Counted from the stretch's first letter, positions 10,381-20,710 are shown. The stretch is 64,000 nucleotides of DNA from an uncultured Candidatus Cloacimonadota bacterium (GCA_964398885.1 CAYNOU010000005.1:301-64300); one strand, 5' to 3'. Translations and numbers: made by a program. The notes: a model not told the origin generated them from the sequence alone.

Positions 10381-11829
10381 CTAACGGAGCTGCTTACGGA
10401 ATCTGCTTACAGGGATGCCTGCTTGATTACGATATTTTGTTACTGCCCGAAGAGAAATTGAAATCCCCTTTTGCGCCAATAAATGAACTATTTTTTGGTC
10501 ACTAAGCGGAGAGGATTTATCTTCACTTTCAATAATTTTAACAATTTCCTTTTTGATGATTTGTGATGAAACATCACCAATATTACTTGTAAAAAACCAT
10601 TTTAATGAGTAAACACCCAGAGGTGTATCAATATATTTATTCTTTACAACACGACAGACCGTAGATACATCTAAATTAATTTTATCTGAAATATCTTCGT
10701 ATCTCATTGGTGTTAATTCTTTTAAACCATCTTTAAAGAATTTAGGCTGCTGCCGTACCATTTCAGCAACAATTTTATATAAAGTCTCCCTTCGCATCCA
10801 TACTGCTTTAACATAGTTTTCTGCAGATGTAATCTTGGACCTTATGTATTTTATAGTATTCTTTTTGTCATAACATTTAGAAAGCATCTGTCTAACATAT
10901 TTTTCATTAATAGCAATTTCTGGAATAAAAGCATCATTTATAATAATTTCTAATCTCTCATTAATCTTTTTTACAATGATATCCGGTAGAATATAAGATG
11001 GATTTTTTGAAGTAATTCCTCTACCTGGCTTTGGATCCAGATGGCTGATACTTTCTTTTAAAGCAAGTAATTCTTTTATAGATATATTATATTTCTTTGT
11101 TAATTTATCATATTTATGTTGTTGCATTAGATTTAAGTCATTTTTGATAATAGAAACCAAATCCTTATTTTCAAGTTGGTCCTCATCTAACTGTGCGAGA
11201 AGGCATTCAGAAAGAGTTCTTGCTCCGATACCTCTTGGATAGATTTGCATTATCATAGAATGTATTTCTTCAGCACGGGAAATAGGCATTGGAACTGTAT
11301 CAGTGAGGTCTTCAAGTGATGAATCAAGATAGCCATTTTGGTCTAAACTATTTATTATTGCATCTGCAAACTGGTGCTCATTTTTATTTAAAGGTAATTC
11401 TCTAACATTGTTATGAAACTGTTCCCAGACATTTTCCTGTTCTCTTTCATAATCTTCAAATCTATCATAATCTGGAATGGATTTATCTTTTCGTTCAATT
11501 TCAAATTGAGTGTTTCTGGCATCGCTCAAATCATTTATAATTTTACCTATCTCTTTAATTTTTTCAGATAAATCGTAATCTTCAAGATCTTCATTTTGTG
11601 AGGTTGCATCTTTTTCTTCAACTTCTTCATCTGAGATAAATTGTTCCTCAAGAGACACAGAACTTAGGTCCTTTAGGAAGGGATTACATCGGAGTTCTTC
11701 CTTTAGTGCAATTTCTAATTCCTGCATTGGTTTTTGAAGCAATTCCGCAGTGATAATCATCTGTGGCGAGAGCTTAAACTTTTGCTCAAGCTTTTGCTTA
11801 TGTCCTATTCCAATACCTAACTTTGCCAT
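10381..11829 (-). CDS. rpoN: RNA polymerase sigma-54 factor
   Basis: Acidic region; HTH ...STVCRVVKNKYIDTPLGVYSLKWFF; RpoN box SLRAVTKYRN at the C-terminus. Confidence 0.9.
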   Translation of the reverse strand: MAKLGIGIGHKQKLEQKFKLSPQMIITAELLQKPMQELEIALKEELRCNPFLKDLSSVSLEEQFISDEEVEEKDATSQNEDLEDYDLSEKIKEIGKIINDLSDARNTQFEIERKDKSIPDYDRFEDYEREQENVWEQFHNNVRELPLNKNEHQFADAIINSLDQNGYLDSSLEDLTDTVPMPISRAEEIHSMIMQIYPRGIGARTLSECLLAQLDEDQLENKDLVSIIKNDLNLMQQHKYDKLTKKYNISIKELLALKESISHLDPKPGRGITSKNPSYILPDIIVKKINERLEIIINDAFIPEIAINEKYVRQMLSKCYDKKNTIKYIRSKITSAENYVKAVWMRRETLYKIVAEMVRQQPKFFKDGLKELTPMRYEDISDKINLDVSTVCRVVKNKYIDTPLGVYSLKWFFTSNIGDVSSQIIKKEIVKIIESEDKSSPLSDQKIVHLLAQKGISISLRAVTKYRNQAGIPVSRFRKQLR

Positions 11830-12039
11830 AATTATTAAATTTAATTTTTAAAGAAATTTATGTCAATTATTGTTAGAAAAAACATGCATACCCCCCAAAA
11901 TTTTCATAGCTATGGCAACATCGTTTGTAGAGAGTAGGTTGGATACTTTTTGTACTTGAGTTTATGATATTTTTTCATAAACTGGATGCAATACGAGACA
12001 ACAAGTGAGATTCTGTAATAAATAAATTTTGATAATTCT

Positions 12040-12320
12040 TTTTACAGAGTCGTCACGGACCATCTTGTCAGGTCGTAGCTTTAGCGAAGACTGATCCGTG
12101 ACGAACACCCCAATTGCTCTTTTCAACAAAATTTGATTTCTGCCATCGTCAGGGAGTGGTCCCTGACGGCTCCTTTTAAGCCTGGACTTCACTACCAGCT
12201 TGCTGGTGTGGAGTTCAGAGCGATATTTACAAAAAGTCTTCATACTGAACTCCATCTCCCCGATTGGATCGGGGATCAAATCGTGATGAAGTCCAGCCTG
12301 AGGGAAAATGCCTTTTAAAT
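12040..12320. repeat. Cluster of REP-like palindromes including an inverted pair of RAYT-family units
   Basis: GGACTTCAC-TACCAGCTTGCTGGT-GTGGAGTTCAG and its inverted copy CTGAACTCCATCTCCCCGATTGGATCGGGGAT...GAAGTCCAG; plus 10-bp stems TCGTCACGGA/TCCGTGACGA and CGTCAGGGA/TCCCTGACG. Confidence 0.6.
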
Positions 12321-12445
12321 CATAACCTTTACCCCACTCGCCTTTACTTCCATTTTTTATCATAAAAGGCGACAATAGCTATTGTCGCCTTCTGGGTAAT
12401 TTACAAATATGTCGCTCTGCAATATTCGGTCTACTTCTTATAGAA

Positions 12446-14149
12446 TCACTCCTTTTTCTGTTGAGATGCATTCAGCACTTCACGGACTTTTCGTTCCAGA
12501 ACATCAGGTGTCATTGGTTTCTGGATAAATGCTGTTCCTGGCTCCAAAATGCCGCGGTCAATAACCTCCTTGCCTGTGTAGCCAGACATAAAGAGCACCT
12601 TCATATCTGGTCGCAAGGGTTTCAATTGTTTGACCAACTCCCTACCACTCATTTTGGGCATTACTACATCTGTTATTATCAAATGGATTGGTTCCTTATG
12701 CTGTTTGCAGATTGAAATTGCCTCACTGCCTAAACCAGCGGTCAAGACAGTGTATCCACTCGTCTCTAATACCTCGCAAATCAAATCTTGAATCATCTGT
12801 TCGTCATCCACAACTAGGATAGTCTCTGAGGCTTGTGGCAGTACAGGAGCCTTGCCAGGTTTATGTGATTCTATGGTCTCCTCTATTCTGGGTAGGAATG
12901 TCTTAAAAGTTGTCCCCTTTCCTGGCTCGCTGTATACCCAGATACTGCCATCACATTGCTTAACGATACCATAGATAGTAGAAAGGCCCAAGCCTGTTCC
13001 TTTGCCTACTTCCTTGGTTGTAAAGAAAGGCTCAAAGATACGGGATTGTGTTTCTTCATCCATTCCACATCCAGTATCGCTTACAGACAGCATTACATAG
13101 GGACCGGCCTGAACTTCTACATGGTGGCTGGCATAATCCTCATCTAAATCAACATTGGCTGTCTCTATGGAAATCTTGCCACCCTTGGGCATTGCATCAC
13201 GGGAGTTAACTACTAAATTCACAATAATTTGACTGACCTGGCCTGCATCCGCCTTTATCTGCCCTAATGTTGGACTTAATGTAGTGACAAGCTCTATATC
13301 TTCGCCAATCAAACGATGGAGCATCTTTTCCATATCAGTTACTATAGCATTGAGGTCCAATACCTTAAGTTTAAGTACTTTCTTACGGCTAAATGTTAGG
13401 AGTTGTCCTGTGAGTGCACTAGCCCTTTCTGCAGCCTTCATAATCTCTTTAGGGTATTTACTCAAAGGGTCAAGCTCGCCAAGTTTATTCAACAGGAGTT
13501 CACTATATCCCGTGATAGCTGTCAACAGGTTGTTGAAGTCGTGTGCCATCCCACCTGCAAGTCTTCCGACTGCTTCCATCTTCTGGGATTGACGAAGTTG
13601 CGATTCGCTTTTGAGTAAAGCCTCCTGCGTCTGCTTTCGTTCAGTAATATCCCTACCAATACCATGAATACCAATTATTTTGCCATTATTATCCTTTATT
13701 GGCCTTAGCTTCAGCCAGCATATCCTTTTCTTATCATTCTTTGTTATAACTGCAGTTTCATACTCAACAGGCTCTCCAGAAACAGCCTTTTGATAATGCT
13801 CAACTGATTTCTTTCTATCTTCTGGAGCAATAAGATAAAGTGACTGTTTATTGATTAATTCTTTTTTTGTATATCCCAGTAATTTTTCAAAAAGGTGGTT
13901 TACAGTTAGATATCTTCCTTTGACATCAGAGGTCCAGATAATATCGTTAGCATTTTCAAATAGGTCACGGAATTTCTCCTCACTTTTATGAAGTGCCTCC
14001 TCTGCTCTTTTACGCTCTGTAATGTCTTTAAGTGATATGACTATACTGGGTTCTTCTTCTTCTTCTTCTTCTTCTTCTTCTGCAAAAAGTATTCTTGCCA
14101 TATCAAAATGCAAGATAAGTTCGTCTATACTGTTTGAATCATTTTCCAT
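12446..14149 (-). CDS. Hybrid PAS sensor histidine kinase with C-terminal receiver domain
   Basis: PAS (DITERK end motifs), His[14 protein letters not shown], HATPase [26 protein letters not shown]...[11 protein letters not shown]; poly-Glu tract near the N-terminus. Confidence 0.85.
   Translation of the reverse strand: MENDSNSIDELILHFDMARILFAEEEEEEEEEEPSIVISLKDITERKRAEEALHKSEEKFRDLFENANDIIWTSDVKGRYLTVNHLFEKLLGYTKKELINKQSLYLIAPEDRKKSVEHYQKAVSGEPVEYETAVITKNDKKRICWLKLRPIKDNNGKIIGIHGIGRDITERKQTQEALLKSESQLRQSQKMEAVGRLAGGMAHDFNNLLTAITGYSELLLNKLGELDPLSKYPKEIMKAAERASALTGQLLTFSRKKVLKLKVLDLNAIVTDMEKMLHRLIGEDIELVTTLSPTLGQIKADAGQVSQIIVNLVVNSRDAMPKGGKISIETANVDLDEDYASHHVEVQAGPYVMLSVSDTGCGMDEETQSRIFEPFFTTKEVGKGTGLGLSTIYGIVKQCDGSIWVYSEPGKGTTFKTFLPRIEETIESHKPGKAPVLPQASETILVVDDEQMIQDLICEVLETSGYTVLTAGLGSEAISICKQHKEPIHLIITDVVMPKMSGRELVKQLKPLRPDMKVLFMSGYTGKEVIDRGILEPGTAFIQKPMTPDVLERKVREVLNASQQKKE
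14051..14080. repeat. (TTC)10 / (GAA)10 trinucleotide microsatellite encoding E10 inside the kinase gene
   Basis: Perfect 10x TTC run on the plus strand. Confidence 0.9.
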
Positions 14150-14151
14150 AA

Positions 14152-15069
14152 TTATCCTCCAAGTCTATTAGCCTTTGGTAGCTCACCAAAAATCTTCTTA
14201 AAATTTTTAAGAAATTTCCTTTCTAATAAAATGCGGTTCCCAGTAAGACAAAAACGCACAAATATATCATAGTTATTGGTAAATTCATTTAGGCGATTAT
14301 TTTTTAATTTATTACCTGAGTAATTTACTATTCGCCTTCGCAGGTTTTTTGAAGAACCGATATATATAATATTAGTTCTATAAAATGGATATTCAATTTT
14401 TGAGGTAATGCTGAGTTCATAAACTCCAGATTCAGTTGGAATTCTGCTAAAATATCTTTTTGATAACAGGATGTAATCGCTAAAGGCTATATCCTTTTCG
14501 TAATAAGAAGCCTTTTCTCTATAGTTAGGGATATTAAGCAATTTTCTACAATTACATATCGTTCTAACTGACAAATGCACTCCCTTTTGGGCTAACAGGT
14601 ATTGAATATCTTTATCTCTCAAGGCTTTTTCATCCCGATATACCCGTTCTCCGTAGTCCCGATGAAATCGGGGCAGGGGGTGAATCGGGACTATTTCTCT
14701 AATGAGATATGAGTAATATTTTCTGCTTGATATAAATAGACTTCTAAGACAGACAATCTGATTTTGAGGATTCATAACAGATAAATTTTGAATTAACCTG
14801 GAAAGTCGGGTTTTCTCAAGATATTGTAATGGATATATAGATAGGAACTTACTTAAGGTCAACGGCTTTATGTCCACCTCCCTACCAGAAAACCAATATT
14901 TACGCTGGTAATGAAGAAGACTCTTTAAAATATGTCGGGAGAATTTATTCCGTGTGTTAATCCATTTCAATGAACATATTATCTTATTTCCAATAAAATT
15001 TTGAGTGGAATAGATATTTTCTAAACGACTATCTGAAACCTCATAGCAAAGATTTTCATTCTTAATCAT
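14152..15069 (-). CDS. Fusion protein: sigma-54 C-terminal DNA-binding domain (HTH plus RpoN-box-like) fused to a C-terminal GIY-YIG nuclease domain
   Basis: YQRKYWFSG..KPLTLSKFLS..TRLSRLIQN..IVCLRSLF aligns with RpoN QQPKFFKDG..LTPMRYEDIS..STVCRVVKN..VYSLKWFF; LLAQKGVHLSVRTICNCRK aligns with RpoN box LLAQKGISISLRAVTKYRN; GIY-YIG motifs GVYEL...IIYIGSSKNLRRRIVNY...E...N. Confidence 0.6.
   Translation of the reverse strand: MIKNENLCYEVSDSRLENIYSTQNFIGNKIICSLKWINTRNKFSRHILKSLLHYQRKYWFSGREVDIKPLTLSKFLSIYPLQYLEKTRLSRLIQNLSVMNPQNQIVCLRSLFISSRKYYSYLIREIVPIHPLPRFHRDYGERVYRDEKALRDKDIQYLLAQKGVHLSVRTICNCRKLLNIPNYREKASYYEKDIAFSDYILLSKRYFSRIPTESGVYELSITSKIEYPFYRTNIIYIGSSKNLRRRIVNYSGNKLKNNRLNEFTNNYDIFVRFCLTGNRILLERKFLKNFKKIFGELPKANRLGG
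14633..14694. repeat. GC-rich palindromic repeat (CCCGATATA family) in-frame inside CDS 14152..15069
   Basis: TCCCGATATACCCG...AGTCCCGATGAAATCGGGGCAGGGGGTGAATCGGGACT; encodes IVPIHPLPRFHRDYGERVYRD between the HTH and the RpoN-box-like segments. Confidence 0.55.
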
Positions 15070-15257
15070 TATTTTAGCATAAAAGATTTTTTTTTGGCAG
15101 AGTCATAAGTTAATGCCGTAGGTTGAATGACCAACGGTATAAAAGAAGGCTTTATTAATCCTTTTGTTGTATTATCAATATATGTGAGATACTTTGACAA
15201 AGGCATCTCCAATACTTTAGAGAAGATTATTTTACTTATTTTTTGCTTATTTATCAT
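15069..15257 (-). CDS. Hypothetical small protein
   Basis: 62-aa ORF wedged between two genes, no recognisable motif. Confidence 0.2.
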   Translation of the reverse strand: MINKQKISKIIFSKVLEMPLSKYLTYIDNTTKGLIKPSFIPLVIQPTALTYDSAKKKSFMLK

Positions 15258-18200
15258 ATTTTTTTAGAAATCCTGATTTCTGTATGATCCTTCTTGAGTA
15301 TCTTATTCTTTATCTGTTCAGTAATTATTTTCTTAAGTTCAGATTCAGTATAGTTTAGCTTAGCCGCGTATTTTTGAATAATATCCTGGAATGCCTTATT
15401 TTCTCTAAATAGGTTCAGTTTATCAGTAAATACTAATAGGCTATCAGGCACAAATTTGAAAATATTTTCTATCGTATCTCTAAAGTGTTTCTCACTTTCC
15501 CTTCGTGCTTCTTCTGCTCGTTTGCGCTCAATAGCAATAGCAATTTGGTCTGAGGCAAATTCTAAAATCTCTAAATCTTTTTCATTATAGAGAGAAGCAT
15601 CAGTATAACTTTGAACAGCTATAACACCGATAATTTTTTTCTCTATTTTCAGAGGTATGCCAAGCCAGAGAGCAGATGATGAACCGAGTAGTTCTACTTC
15701 ACCTTTTTCTTCAAGTTTATTGAGAGAGTCCTCGGTAACGAAGATGGCTTTGCCGGTTCGCATAACATATTCTGTAAGCCCTTTTCTCGGTTTTCTGGGA
15801 GTAGGCTGGCTATCCTTTTCATCAACAAAGTAGGGAAAGGACATTAATTCTTTATCTTCATCGTAAAGTGCAATATAAAAGTTGGCAGTATCTATAACTG
15901 TGCTTAGATGCTGATGGATTGTTTGATAGAGTTCATCAAGGTTAGCAGTTGTGTTTATTGCATCAGAAATTTTATAGATTGCGGATTGCAATTTTTCAGC
16001 TTGTTTGCGCTCGGTGATGTCGCGAAATATACCTTGAAGCACTTTTTTATTCTTAAGTTCAATGATACTGGCTTTAATTGCAACCTCTTTGATTTCTCCC
16101 TTTTTGGTAATAACCTGTGTTTCCAGAACCTGCCCTTCTTTTTCCTTGAGGTGTTGTTTGAAAGTCCTGCTAAATTCTCCTTTGATTTCTTCTGGAGGAT
16201 GGAGAATCCGCTGGTGTTTACCAACAAATTCTGATTTCTCCCTGCCGACCAACTCTAATGATGCACGGTTACAGTCAATCAATATACCTGTTTCAGCATC
16301 AGCGATGACGATAGCGTCAAGTGAATCCTCAAACTGCTTTCTGTATTTTTCTTCAGATTTTTTAAGAGATTCTTCCATCCGCTTTCGCTTTATAGCCAGT
16401 GCAATTTCGTCAGAAACAAATTCTAAAATCGCTAAATCTTTTTTTGTATAAAGAGAAGCATCAGTATAACTTTGAACAACAACTACACCAATTACTTCAT
16501 TCTCTATTTTTAATGGAATTCCAAGCCAGATTTTTGAAGGGGTTCCAATCACCTCTACCTCTCCAGCTTGAATTAACTTCTCGCTAACCTCTTCAGTGGC
16601 AAGAAGTGATTTACCTATCTTTATTACATAAGCAGTTAATGTCTTTCCTGCTGGAAAAGTAGTAAATCTATCTTTTTCGTCAACATCATAGGGAAGCGCA
16701 ATAGTATCAGTTTCTTTATCATATAATGCTACATAATAATTTGTTGTATCAATAATTGTACTAAGTTGCTTGTGTATTATTTTGAAAAGTTCATCAAGGT
16801 CTTTAGAGGTATTTACAGCATCTGCAATATTATATAAAACTGATTGGATTTGCTCAGCTCTTTTACGGTCTGTGATATCCCTGGTAACTCCTCTGTATCC
16901 CAGCAAATTTCCTTTATCATCAAGTAAAGGAACAGCATTTGTTTCAAGAGAAACTATATGCCCATCTTTATGCACATTTTGACTTACCAGGTTTTTAACT
17001 TTTTCTTTCTCTTTAGAGCTTTCAAGTGCAGTTTTTTTAAATTTATCCTGCTCATCAGGAAGAGCGAGGTCATAGAAATGCTTACCCAACATTTCCTGAT
17101 ATTCATAACCAAGAACTTGCTTAACAATAGGACTGCTGTAAGTATAGCGTCCCTGGGCATCAGTTTCCCAGATCCAGTCACCAGTATTAGCTACGATATT
17201 TTGAAATCTCTCTTGAGATTCTCGTAATGCTTTTTCTTTTTCTGCAGTATCTTCAAGAATACTAAGCAATGATTTTCTGTTTTCTTCTGAGTCTTTATAT
17301 AGTTCTTCAATTTTCTCTTTGTCAGAAATAATTTGTTCTGTTTTTTTCTTTAGTTCATCCTCTACTTGATTCGCCTCGGTGATGTCTTCGTAGGTGGTTA
17401 TGTATTGTTTTCTTCCTTTTAGTGTTATTGAGATTCCTGAAATAGAAACTGGGATTTTCTTGCCATCCTTACTCTTCCTAACTGTTTCATGATAAAAGTA
17501 TCCTTCCTCTGCCCTCTCATTGAGATCCTCGGCTTCCTCCATCATTCCTTTGGGAACAACAACATCATCAATATTTTTTCCTTTTATCTCATCTAATTCA
17601 TACCCAAAGAGTTCTTTAAAATTGGAATTTATATCTAAAATTCGGAGGTTCTCGTCTATGTAAACTTGTGGTGCTGGATTCTTTTTGAATAGAGTCTTGA
17701 ATTTTTCCTCGCTCTCCCGTAGCGTATCCTCCGCTCGCTTGCGCTCGGTGATGTCCAAAATCTGAGCCATTGTCTTTACTTTTCCCGCTGAATCTTTGGT
17801 CACAGTAGAGCTGATTTCCACACGCCTCTTCTCACCGTCGTTCCGCATAATGTTTGACTCGTAACGGGGTGGAACCATCTCACCCCTCTGCCTTCTGATG
17901 TACCGATCTACAAGTAGTTGCTTGCTCTCTTCGTCGAGGAATTTGCGGAAATTCTGACCAATAATTTCCTCACGAGAATACCTGAAGGTTCGGCACAGTT
18001 CGTCGTTTACGTAGAGTAACCGATAGGCGTCATCCACAATAACTATTCCGTCGTGAGAATGTTCCACGATGGAACGGAACCGTTCTTCGCTTTCTCGCAG
18101 CGCCTTCTCCACCTGTTTGCGTTCTATAGCAATCGCAATCTCCTTGGAAACAAATTCTAAAATTTCTAAATCCTTTTCAGTATATAGAGAAGCATTAGTA

Positions 18201-19507
18201 TAACTTTGAACAGCCAAAGCACCAATAACCTTATTTTTAGTTTTAAGAGGCACGCCTATCCAAATCTTACTTTTCCAATCAGCTTGAGCAATTTTACCCT
18301 CTTTCATTAATTTTTCTCGCTTTTCTATAGTTAAATAAAGATGCTTTGCAGTATGAATTACATAGGCAGTTAATCCATTTTTTAATTGTTGTGGTTGTGG
18401 AATATTTTTTTTCAATTGGTCAACATAATAGGGTGCAGTTATTATATTGCTCTTTTCATCATATAGAGCGACATAAAAATTTGTTGTGTCCACAATTGTT
18501 CCAAGTTGTTTATGAATTAATTGATAGAGTTCATCAAGATCTTTAGTGGTATTTACAGCTTCGGCAATATTATAAAGAACTGATTGGACCTGCTCTGCTT
18601 GCTTACGTTCGGTGATGTCATCTATAACAGTAACAACCCGAACTACTTTGTTATTCTCTAAAATAGGTATTTTTCTGGTTTCTGTGGTAATTACTTTTCC
18701 AGCCAACTCATTTGTTTCAACAGTTATAAGCATTTTTCCAGTTTTAAAAACCTTTTGATATTCTTCACGAACAGCATCTGGCAAGAAAGGAAAGATATCA
18801 AAAATATTTCGACCGATTAAATTTTTTGTCTCAAGACCCAATTCTTTGTTCCATTGTTTGAAGGTTTCGTTAAAAAGGAGGATAGATAAATTCTCATCAA
18901 CAACATGAATAGCTTTGCCAATGGAGTCAATCGTTGAGTGGTATTGTTGTTCTGAATGTTTTAGCAGATCTTCTGTTTCCTTTCTAATCTGTATTTCCTT
19001 TTTAATGTTATCATGCGCCAAACAGGCATCTATTGCAATGCTCAACTTTTCTGAGAGACTGAGAAGCATATTGGCTAAAGTTTCATTAACAATTTCCTTA
19101 TTTGTATAAACCAGTTTAATTATTGCAACATTTTTTACAGGAACAATTAATATTGATTGTTCTTTTCCTGTTATTTTAAAACAGTATTGAAAGAAATCCT
19201 TATCGTCTCTGTTTTTTATTACGGGTCGTTGGTTTTCCCATATTTTTTCAAAAATATCTTGAAGAGAACTGACCCTTTTTTTAATATCTGCTTTAGTTAA
19301 TAATGAACCTGCTCTTGCGCCTAATTTGATATTCTCACCCTCTTTTTCACGAAGCCAGATACTTCCTCTTTGAGCATTTGTTTTATGGACAGTTGTATGA
19401 ATAACATCGTGAAGCATTTCTGAAAGGTTCAAACTGTTACCAATGGCAAGTGCACATTCGTAAGAAATGCTAAGTTTTTGAATGACAGATGTATTTTGTT
19501 TCTCCAT
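15254..19507 (-). CDS. Giant multi-PAS/GAF sensor protein with no recognisable output domain
   Basis: 1417 aa; N-terminal GAF, three PAS-GAF modules each opening ITERKQAEQ.QSVLYNIA.AVNT.KDLDEL, plus further PAS domains; no HisKA, HATPase, GGDEF, EAL or HD-GYP. Confidence 0.8.
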   Translation of the reverse strand: MEKQNTSVIQKLSISYECALAIGNSLNLSEMLHDVIHTTVHKTNAQRGSIWLREKEGENIKLGARAGSLLTKADIKKRVSSLQDIFEKIWENQRPVIKNRDDKDFFQYCFKITGKEQSILIVPVKNVAIIKLVYTNKEIVNETLANMLLSLSEKLSIAIDACLAHDNIKKEIQIRKETEDLLKHSEQQYHSTIDSIGKAIHVVDENLSILLFNETFKQWNKELGLETKNLIGRNIFDIFPFLPDAVREEYQKVFKTGKMLITVETNELAGKVITTETRKIPILENNKVVRVVTVIDDITERKQAEQVQSVLYNIAEAVNTTKDLDELYQLIHKQLGTIVDTTNFYVALYDEKSNIITAPYYVDQLKKNIPQPQQLKNGLTAYVIHTAKHLYLTIEKREKLMKEGKIAQADWKSKIWIGVPLKTKNKVIGALAVQSYTNASLYTEKDLEILEFVSKEIAIAIERKQVEKALRESEERFRSIVEHSHDGIVIVDDAYRLLYVNDELCRTFRYSREEIIGQNFRKFLDEESKQLLVDRYIRRQRGEMVPPRYESNIMRNDGEKRRVEISSTVTKDSAGKVKTMAQILDITERKRAEDTLRESEEKFKTLFKKNPAPQVYIDENLRILDINSNFKELFGYELDEIKGKNIDDVVVPKGMMEEAEDLNERAEEGYFYHETVRKSKDGKKIPVSISGISITLKGRKQYITTYEDITEANQVEDELKKKTEQIISDKEKIEELYKDSEENRKSLLSILEDTAEKEKALRESQERFQNIVANTGDWIWETDAQGRYTYSSPIVKQVLGYEYQEMLGKHFYDLALPDEQDKFKKTALESSKEKEKVKNLVSQNVHKDGHIVSLETNAVPLLDDKGNLLGYRGVTRDITDRKRAEQIQSVLYNIADAVNTSKDLDELFKIIHKQLSTIIDTTNYYVALYDKETDTIALPYDVDEKDRFTTFPAGKTLTAYVIKIGKSLLATEEVSEKLIQAGEVEVIGTPSKIWLGIPLKIENEVIGVVVVQSYTDASLYTKKDLAILEFVSDEIALAIKRKRMEESLKKSEEKYRKQFEDSLDAIVIADAETGILIDCNRASLELVGREKSEFVGKHQRILHPPEEIKGEFSRTFKQHLKEKEGQVLETQVITKKGEIKEVAIKASIIELKNKKVLQGIFRDITERKQAEKLQSAIYKISDAINTTANLDELYQTIHQHLSTVIDTANFYIALYDEDKELMSFPYFVDEKDSQPTPRKPRKGLTEYVMRTGKAIFVTEDSLNKLEEKGEVELLGSSSALWLGIPLKIEKKIIGVIAVQSYTDASLYNEKDLEILEFASDQIAIAIERKRAEEARRESEKHFRDTIENIFKFVPDSLLVFTDKLNLFRENKAFQDIIQKYAAKLNYTESELKKIITEQIKNKILKKDHTEIRISKKI

Positions 19508-19552
19508 TATTTATTCTCCCATTCCTATCCGTTCAGGCTCGGCCCGTCTAGG

Positions 19553-19590
19553 CTCCCGATATACCCCCGATTAAATCGGGGGGAGACTGG
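19553..19590. repeat. GC-rich hairpin (CCCGATATA family)
   Basis: CTCCCGATATACCCCCGATTAAATCGGGGGGAG. Confidence 0.5.
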
Positions 19591-19591
19591 C

Positions 19592-20710
19592 CTAACCGAG
19601 ACTAATAACTACAGTTTTATTATATAATTCTATATATTTATCACCTGTAGATGCGATTTCACCTAAACTTAAAAATCCAAATAACAAAACCCCTGTTCCT
19701 GCTTTGTTTTCAATAATTTTTAATTCATCCTCAAATCTATCTTCTAGAAATAAGGCTCTTGTAATGCAATCAATAATTAGAGCTTTTGTTGAGGATGTTT
19801 TCTTTTTGCTTTCAAAAGCATTTCTAGCTTGCGATGTTGCCAAACCTGCGGCAGCTATTAATTTTTCAGGACTTCCTTTCATAATCATCAATATGGAATT
19901 TTCAGGTATTTCGCTACTTAATAAGATATTGTTTTCTGCGTCAAATTCAATAGGAACCCGAAGGATGATTTCGTTGTCATATTTTAACATTCCAAGTGGG
20001 TATGATTTTGCAATCTCAAGGAAATTATCTTTGGTTAATTTGACTCCAGCATCTTTCTCAACAATTTTTTTATAATACTTAAACGCTGGTTCCCAGTTAA
20101 TTGATTTCAAAATATGTTTCTTTACACTGCTGGCAGTAGCAGGACCATAGATAGTTTGCCAACCGTGATTAACTCCGATGGATATGTAATCCTCAATAGA
20201 AGCGATAATAGCTCCACCTGCAAAGTAATCGTCACTTGTAAATAAAGATGGGCGTTTCATATCTATCAAACTGCCTGAGCCACCACCAATGAAAGTCATC
20301 TCTTTTCCGCTTATTTCATATAAAGTTTCTATAAGTAAAGGAATATTATTTGCCCAACCATCATTAAGTATAAAGAGAGTCTCAGTGTTTTTTGATATTA
20401 GTGTTTCTGGTAGGGCACCTTTAAAATCATTTAGATTTTTTATCACTTCAAGTGAAACAGAGGACTTAAATGAACAACCAACTACTCCCTGTTTAAACCG
20501 AGAACCATTATAGATTACTTCCGGGAAGATACCACCCCACACAGGGATTTTCATCTTTTTAAGAAGAGGTTGTATCTTTTCATAATCAAATTTTATTTCT
20601 TCTGCAACAAGTAATAGAATTCCTGTAGCATTGTCTTTACCAAGTTCATTTAGAAAGGGTTTCCACCCTTTTACCTTTTTACCTTCAAAAAACTCTATTT
20701 TTTTAAACAT
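19592..20710 (-). CDS. FIST-domain (N and C) signal-transduction protein
   Basis: Size (~370 aa) and sequence features resemble FIST N/C domain proteins; assignment from recall only. Confidence 0.45.
   Translation of the reverse strand: MFKKIEFFEGKKVKGWKPFLNELGKDNATGILLLVAEEIKFDYEKIQPLLKKMKIPVWGGIFPEVIYNGSRFKQGVVGCSFKSSVSLEVIKNLNDFKGALPETLISKNTETLFILNDGWANNIPLLIETLYEISGKEMTFIGGGSGSLIDMKRPSLFTSDDYFAGGAIIASIEDYISIGVNHGWQTIYGPATASSVKKHILKSINWEPAFKYYKKIVEKDAGVKLTKDNFLEIAKSYPLGMLKYDNEIILRVPIEFDAENNILLSSEIPENSILMIMKGSPEKLIAAAGLATSQARNAFESKKKTSSTKALIIDCITRALFLEDRFEDELKIIENKAGTGVLLFGFLSLGEIASTGDKYIELYNKTVVISLG

Noticed and set aside
11962-12375. 137-aa ORF in the rpoN / kinase intergenic region
   Set aside because: It lies entirely within the REP-like palindrome cluster; its reading frame is created by the repeats, it has a low-complexity composition, and no RBS was seen.
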